Part shown: piece after piece, positions 55,806 through 64,000 of the stretch
Position numbering within the stretch: position 1 is the first letter of the stretch
Layout: every line of letters starts with the position of its first letter
Assembly (NCBI RefSeq): GCF_009914755.1
Contig: NC_060933.1
Length of the DNA stretch: 64,000 bases
Origin: the human T2T-CHM13v2.0 reference genome, Homo sapiens
Reading direction: 5' to 3' (one strand)
The notes under the pieces: generated by a model
The model's input: only the letters and a program-made list of their open reading frames with translations
What the model was told of the DNA's origin: nothing
The model's database searches: none
Translations under genes and position numbers: made by a program

Positions 55806-56818
55806 CAAAGCAAACAAACAAAAGTCCCCAAGAAACAATTGTCAATCTCACGAATGGAATGCAACATTTTGGTTAAACTCCAGCACTGAAAATTATTTCC
55901 AAGCATTAATTTGTATACTGATTAGACATTTTTGTGTTCCATGACTCTTTTTACAATTAGATGTTAACCTGTAGAAAACTATATAAGATATAGATTATAT
56001 TTTCCAGGTGAAGATATAGATGATTTCTTTTTTTAAAAAATATTTTGACATAATTTCAAGGTTACATAGAGTTTATCAGAATAGAACAAATAATACTCAT
56101 ATATCCTTTACCCAGATGATATAGATACAGATTAATCACAATAGTTTCAGTCTAATTGCCTTTAGAACAGTAAACACATTTCAATTAAATTAGCAAAAAA
56201 GTATTATGATTATGTGTTGTGCTAAAGTAAATGAGGTTTATATAATGCTATGGAGGCTTCGTGAATGAGGCCATAATTGGCATGTAGGACTGCATGTCAG
56301 GGATGCCTTCACTGTAAGATGATATCTGAGGTACACTTTGATGAGTGAGGTCACCAAGGACCTCCCAAATGCTGAAGTCACTGCTTTTATCTCCCCTACC
56401 CCCTAAGTTTTGTGTTGCATTTCATATTTCTGAAAATATTATTAATCAGCTTGAACTAAACAGCAACACTTGAAATTCAGGTGTTTTATCATCAAAATAC
56501 ACATTTCACTCTTCTCTTGAAACATCAGAATATAAGGCAACATTTGGTTTGCATACAAGCAGGGCAACAGTTAGCTGGATCTCAGCAGGGGCTGATTCCT
56601 AGGCATAAGAGGCATACTCTTCTGATTTGCAAGCATAGCAGGCATTATGTTTTCTTGATCCCTGCATGTGGGCGAAGGACTTGAGAAAATCTGTCCTGAA
56701 AACAAATGCAGTATCAGCACTATAATGAGGAGATTCTGGTTGGGGCCTAAAGCAAAGGTTTTTGGGGTACTAAACCTCATACTCATGAATTAAGCTAAGG
56801 ACTGGAGGAAGGGTTTAA

Positions 56819-57143
<325 letters not shown>

Positions 57144-57179
57144 TGATGCAATCAAGTGCAAATCCTCTCTGAAGGAAAT

Positions 57180-57415
57180 TGTTGGGAGACAATTCTCTAT
57201 GGGTCTCATGTTTCTACAGATCTTGTGAGCAGAAGACCTGTCTTTGTTACGAACTATTTTTTCACGGATGCTTGTATAGTGAAGAGCCTTGAAAGATAGA
57301 GATGGTGTTTTCCTAAGGAGTAAACACTGGGTTTGTGTACTATCCAATACAATAAAGATGTTTCCCTTTGGCTCGTCTGGCAGGCATGCTTGCTGACCAT
57401 CATAAAAGATCCAGA
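57180..57415 (+). mobile_element. LTR40-like ERVL LTR 5' fragment
   Basis: Starts TGTTGGGAGACAATTCTCTATGGGTCTC; contains GCCTTGAAAGATAGAGAT. Confidence 0.65.
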
Positions 57416-57705
57416 GAGGGACCTGGAATTGGGATGTGATAACTCAGTGGTCAAGGGATTTTGTTTATTAGAAGTGGTTTAATTTTTTAACAATATTAAT
57501 ATATTTATATATAATCAAAGTAAATATATTTATATGGATTTTGTGTATTTATAAAAAATTAGCAAATGTTCTTTAACCATGTATCACCTCAAATCACACA
57601 CATTAATGATGATTCTTGCTCCAAAAATTGCATTTCTTTCTTTTTCCCCAAATTCCAGTGTGCTCTCTTGCCTCCTATTTTTGACTCCTATTCTTTTGTC
57701 CATAA

Positions 57706-58820
<1,115 letters not shown>

Positions 58821-60552
58821 GGAATATACGAAACTGCCTTGTGTATTGCTAATCATGTTTGTCTTGAATAAGTGTCTGTGGACTGTATCAGTCTTAGGAT
58901 TTAGAGATTATTTTACAAGGCGATACTTTTTATGCCTGCCTGGGTGTGTTGCAGGTTTTGGAGGTAAGTAACATCATCTTCTTCAGTGTCAAAGCCCATA
59001 TAACTATGTGCAAAGTAGGAGAACAATATCTACTTGAGTTACTACCGGGCAGGTAGCAGATATTTGCTTATAGGATGCATTTCTACAATTGTAATTATGT
59101 TTTTAAGAATAAAAATATTCCATACTAGGAAACTACATAGGTGTTACTGAAAGCGTCACGCTGTGTAATGGAAGTGAGGATTACTTTTTTATGGCCCATG
59201 GTTTCTATGAATAGAATTAACCAGACACCAATTATCACCTCATTGAAAGGATAAGTCACTGTGACATCTACAGCTGAGATCAAACTCATTGCTTTTGCAA
59301 TGTGAATTAATTAGAGTTGGAGAGAGCTACACTGAAGGGTGAGGAAGCACTGCAGATTTGAAAAGTCTATATTTTAAGCAACTCAGGGGAAAATCTGTTC
59401 CAATTAGTGTGTGACGTTAATATGCAATGGTCTTATTTATATAAAAGTGCTTTAAAGAAATACTTCTAAAAGAAAACATTAAAAGAGTCATACAAAATAT
59501 CCTCTTTTTGTGATGATTATAATTAAAAGAATATAAAAATTCAGAAAGTAGATTATTTATTTATTTTTAACTGGCAAGCAGGCTCTACAGAATGGGGTAT
59601 CTTTACTTGAAAGCATGTGTTCCTGGGTAGTGAATAAAGAGAGATAGTTGGCTTCTTACCATAATTCAAAAACATATCAGATAAATATGCCTACCAGCCT
59701 ATTTGGACACAGCAGTAGGTATTACCATCTGCTCCCAAATATGCCTGCAACCCTGTAGCTCTTCCATTTTGGCATCAGAATTTATAGAAAAGAGCATGAT
59801 GTCCTAAGATATACTGATTTCTGAGAAGTGCTTTGAAAATGTATCTGTAGTGACACAGAGTAGGGTAAATAGCTGGGTTTGATTCAAATGCTACTGTTTA
59901 TTTTGGGGAACACCACCCCCACATTTCTTCTTCTATGATGGAACAGGATGACATGACCCAGAAGACAATTCTGTTGGTATGATCAGGTAGACAGAACATT
60001 GTTCAAGCAGATCATAGCCACATTTATCATTTGTTTGTTTTTACCAGAAAATGAAACAAAACAAAACAAAAATTTAATGACACAAACAGATGTAAGCATC
60101 TTTATAGGTAAAAGTCCTGAGAAAACAGTAGCCACATTCCGAAGGGAATGTTCCTGTCTCAGGAATATTTCTAGGCAGGTCCATTTCCACCTTCAAAATT
60201 ATGTATTGGAAATCTTAGTATTAGAATCTAGATATAAAAATCTCACAGTGATGTAATATATAGTACCTAATTTTAAGGAGTTCCTGATCTCATATTATAT
60301 TATTAACATTGATTTCCAAATTCTCATTCATACTGTGTGTATAATCATAAACAGAAATTTGATTGCTTAAGAATTTATAATGCGTAAATTGGATTTCATA
60401 TAACTATAGATATTTTGTTGTGAAAGCAGATTTATTTTGTTAATTTTTATCATACCTGATCATTTGGAAAGAATAAAGAAGATAAAAATGTTTAAAAATC
60501 AGCACATACAAGATGTAAATATGAAATCTGAACCAATTGGCCAATGTAAAAC

Positions 60553-60571
60553 GAGAGAGAGAGAGAGAGAG
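60553..60571 (+). repeat. (GA)9 microsatellite
   Basis: Read directly. Confidence 0.9.
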
Positions 60572-63013
60572 TAGAGAGCAGGAGACCAGAAGCTTTAGCA
60601 AATGAACAATAATGATCAGCAAAACAAAACAAAACAAACCTGAAACAAACAAACAAAAAAAAATGCTCATTATAGATATAAAAAAAGATCTTTCAGAAAG
60701 ATCTGAGCTTTAATAGATGCTTAGGGATTCATTGCTGGAAGAAATTTGGGATATTAGGTAGATAGTAGTTTCTTATTTTTAAGAAGACAGAACATTAATT
60801 ATAGACAGATGATGTTCTTGAATGAACAGTACGATTTTTCTGGCAGCTCTATAAAAATACACCTGTACAGATACGATTAGCATCCTCACCTCCCATGAAA
60901 TCAAGAATGGGGATGGAAGGTGATTCTGAATATATTCTTGATGCATTAATGAGGTAGCAGAGCAGAGTGTGATGATAAAACCCAAGTGCTTGCTCAAGAT
61001 TGTCATGACTGACATTTACAAAATAGGAAAACTAATAAGAGAATTATTATCTTTTGTAGCACCTGATTAAAAAAAGAATTCTCAAGCGTTAAAAACCATG
61101 TCATTATCCACAGACAACTTGAGGAGCTAAAGACTTGAGACATGATGTGTGCCTGTCACTTATGCATGTTACCCCACTGAGTTATTCCCAAATACCCATA
61201 TGATTAACCCACATGTATAGTAATTGAGAATATTTTTACTTTAAGAAAAGATATGGGAGAAAATTATTCCTTAATCATACATATAGAAAATCTTATTTCA
61301 ATTATTCCAGAATTCTAGGATTACTTAAAATTTTAATCCGTATTTTTTAAAAATTGACTATCCTGAGTTATTGATGTGAAGTAAATAATGATACCTCTTG
61401 GCTATATTTGCATGGAATTTAAAAAACACACACAACTTTTTTGGGGCTAATTTGACTTAGTGCTTAACATAAATGATCAAAAATGGACCATCTGTCAAGA
61501 TAAGAATATAACCAGTGCTTCATTGGTAAGCATACAGACTCTTCTTTTAAATGTAAATATTGGCTTCGTCTTTTATGTAATTATTGAAGACAACAGCCAG
61601 AGATTTTATTTCATATGTTTTATAAATATGTAGGTTGTAGCTGCTCCATTATTTTTAATAGCTTTTCATTTTTGAGAAAGAAAATATTCTTACAATAAGA
61701 GTATTTTCTGTCATCCATATATGAGGGCAAGAAAGAGGCAATTATGATGTGTCTATTCTCTTTTGAATTTACCATTCTATGGCCACCAACAGGTAGTGCC
61801 TGAGTAGGGGTGATGATCTAAACAGAAGAAAATGGCCAGTTTGAGCCATTGAACCAGAATCATGCTGCGGGAACTGTGGCTTCTTCCAAGTCATCCAAAG
61901 ATAACTGCCAGCCAAGGGGGTAGAGAGAGGTGGCCTTCAGCCATTTGGCGTTCAGAAGCATGTAAGCCAGATTTGCTCCAAGAGCCTAATCACCATCAAT
62001 CAGAAAGATAACAACTCGCCCTCGCATTGAATTGGAGCTGAAAGATTCGCTTTCCCACCAGGGTGGCTGATTACGTAGATAATTTAGCCCATGTGGAAAA
62101 ACATTTACCAATGACAACATTTTCTTAAATATACAGACTACAATTGTTTTACGATGTGATCATTCACGGAGGTTACTGTTATAAGTGACCCTGATTTCAC
62201 TGTACAAATTAATATTTTCAGGAAATTAAACTGGTAGAGATTTTTTCTCAATTTTGAAACATGACACTTGGGAAAAAATAAGAAAACAAAAACAAAATAA
62301 CAACAAAAGCAAAATTTGTGAATTGCTAGTTTCCAATAGAATGAATTAACGCTATAATTTGAGCAGAGTGATTTTGTTTTCTTGCAAATAGAAAACTAAA
62401 GCAGGTATTGATTTATTTGTGTCTTTGGTCAGTTTTTATGGTCTCTGTGTCTTTGATACTGCATTGTCCTGGCTCTTATTTGTGGAAGCATGTAGTAATC
62501 AAACAGTTTTAAATTAAATTTTCTTTTTCAGTAGTGATTTTCCTATTTAGAACTTCCTAGCTCTTTTGTACTTGTCTTAACAGTGCTGGTATTCCAAGTT
62601 ATAACTTTTTATTTGGGTGGGTTAGCCAATGTATTTTTTAAAAGTCTAATTAATATTATTTTCTAATGTCTTACTTCCAGACACAATTTGAGAAAAAGGG
62701 ATTAAGGGAACTCCTTTAGTCACCTAATGTCATTAGGAAATAGTTTTTGTTTGTTTTTTTTTCCATTGCACCAACTTTACAGACAGCATAATGATACTTT
62801 ATAAATGTCTCAAGCCAAATGTCTTTTTTAAAAAAGATCAGATCTCTGCTTGAGTTAGCATGAAAAAATTTTCGTAAGTAATTATGGAGTAAAACAAAAT
62901 GTGGAATAAACAAGTAAATATATGATGAACTTATATATGTTAAATGAGAATGTATTATTTTAAAGAAAGCAATTGCTCACACTAGTTCTTGGTTTCAATG
63001 TTGCAAAAATCTA

Positions 63014-63459
<446 letters not shown>

Positions 63460-63550
63460 AAGATGAAGCAGTTCTTCCAAACACACAGTAATTTCTGTTT
63501 ATAAATTGATTTTGATAATACCATTATCAAAAAGGACCATCAGATATAGC

Positions 63551-63883
63551 CTGGCTTGGCAAATTTTTCTGTATAGGACTAAATAGTAGATACTTTAGGC
63601 TTTGTGGGCTATCCAGTCTTTTGTGACTACTCAACTCTGCTGTTGTGGCATCAAAGCATTCAGACAATAGTAATCACATAAGTGTGGCTGTGTTCCAATA
63701 AAACTTCGTTGGTGGGCACAAAAATTCAAAATTCATGTAATTATCATGTATCATTCTTTTGAATTTTTTTCCCCAAACATATAAAAATGTAAAAATCATT
63801 TTTAGAATATGGGCTCTATAAAAACAGATAAGGTAAGTAGACAGGAAGATGGCTTTAGCCAACAGATAGTGTGCCAATTCCTG
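63551..63883 (+). mobile_element. MER58B (hAT-Charlie)
   Basis: TTGGCAAATTTTTCTGT...CTACTCAACTCTGC...GGCTGTGTTCCAATAAAACTT...AAAAATGTAAAAATCATT. Confidence 0.85.
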
Positions 63884-64000
63884 AGATGAATAATTAAGTC
63901 TTGGCTAACATATATACTCCATTCCTACTCAGGTAGGTGTTTTATAAAGGCTGTTTAATGGTAATCAAATTTGCAAAACCGTTATTTCCAAAGATACTCA

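Overview
This is primate, probably human or other hominid, nuclear DNA. It is AT-rich, CpG-depleted and dominated by repeats, consistent with a long intron or an intergenic region. I found no spliced protein-coding exons, RNA genes or CRISPR-like arrays. The only gene-like element is a very young, near full-length processed copy of ribosomal protein S26 (RPS26/eS26) at ~50.3-50.8 kb. It has an intact 115-aa ORF, 5' and 3' UTRs, a poly(A) signal, a short poly(A) remnant and a perfect 18-20 bp target-site duplication (TSD). The rest is layered retrotransposons and DNA transposons: about 10 Alus (including a pristine AluYe5-type copy and a closely spaced inverted pair), many L1s (a twin-primed 5'-inverted L1PA7-like element, several nested insertions, a candidate 3' transduction), MaLR/ERVL LTRs, MER58, MER44 and MADE2. 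There are also several local duplications. Almost all ORFs in the supplied track are Alu/L1 shadows or chance ORFs. I could not support a novel biological system; the findings are mainly structural and evolutionary. Subfamily names come from recalled consensus sequences, and boundaries of old repeats are approximate.
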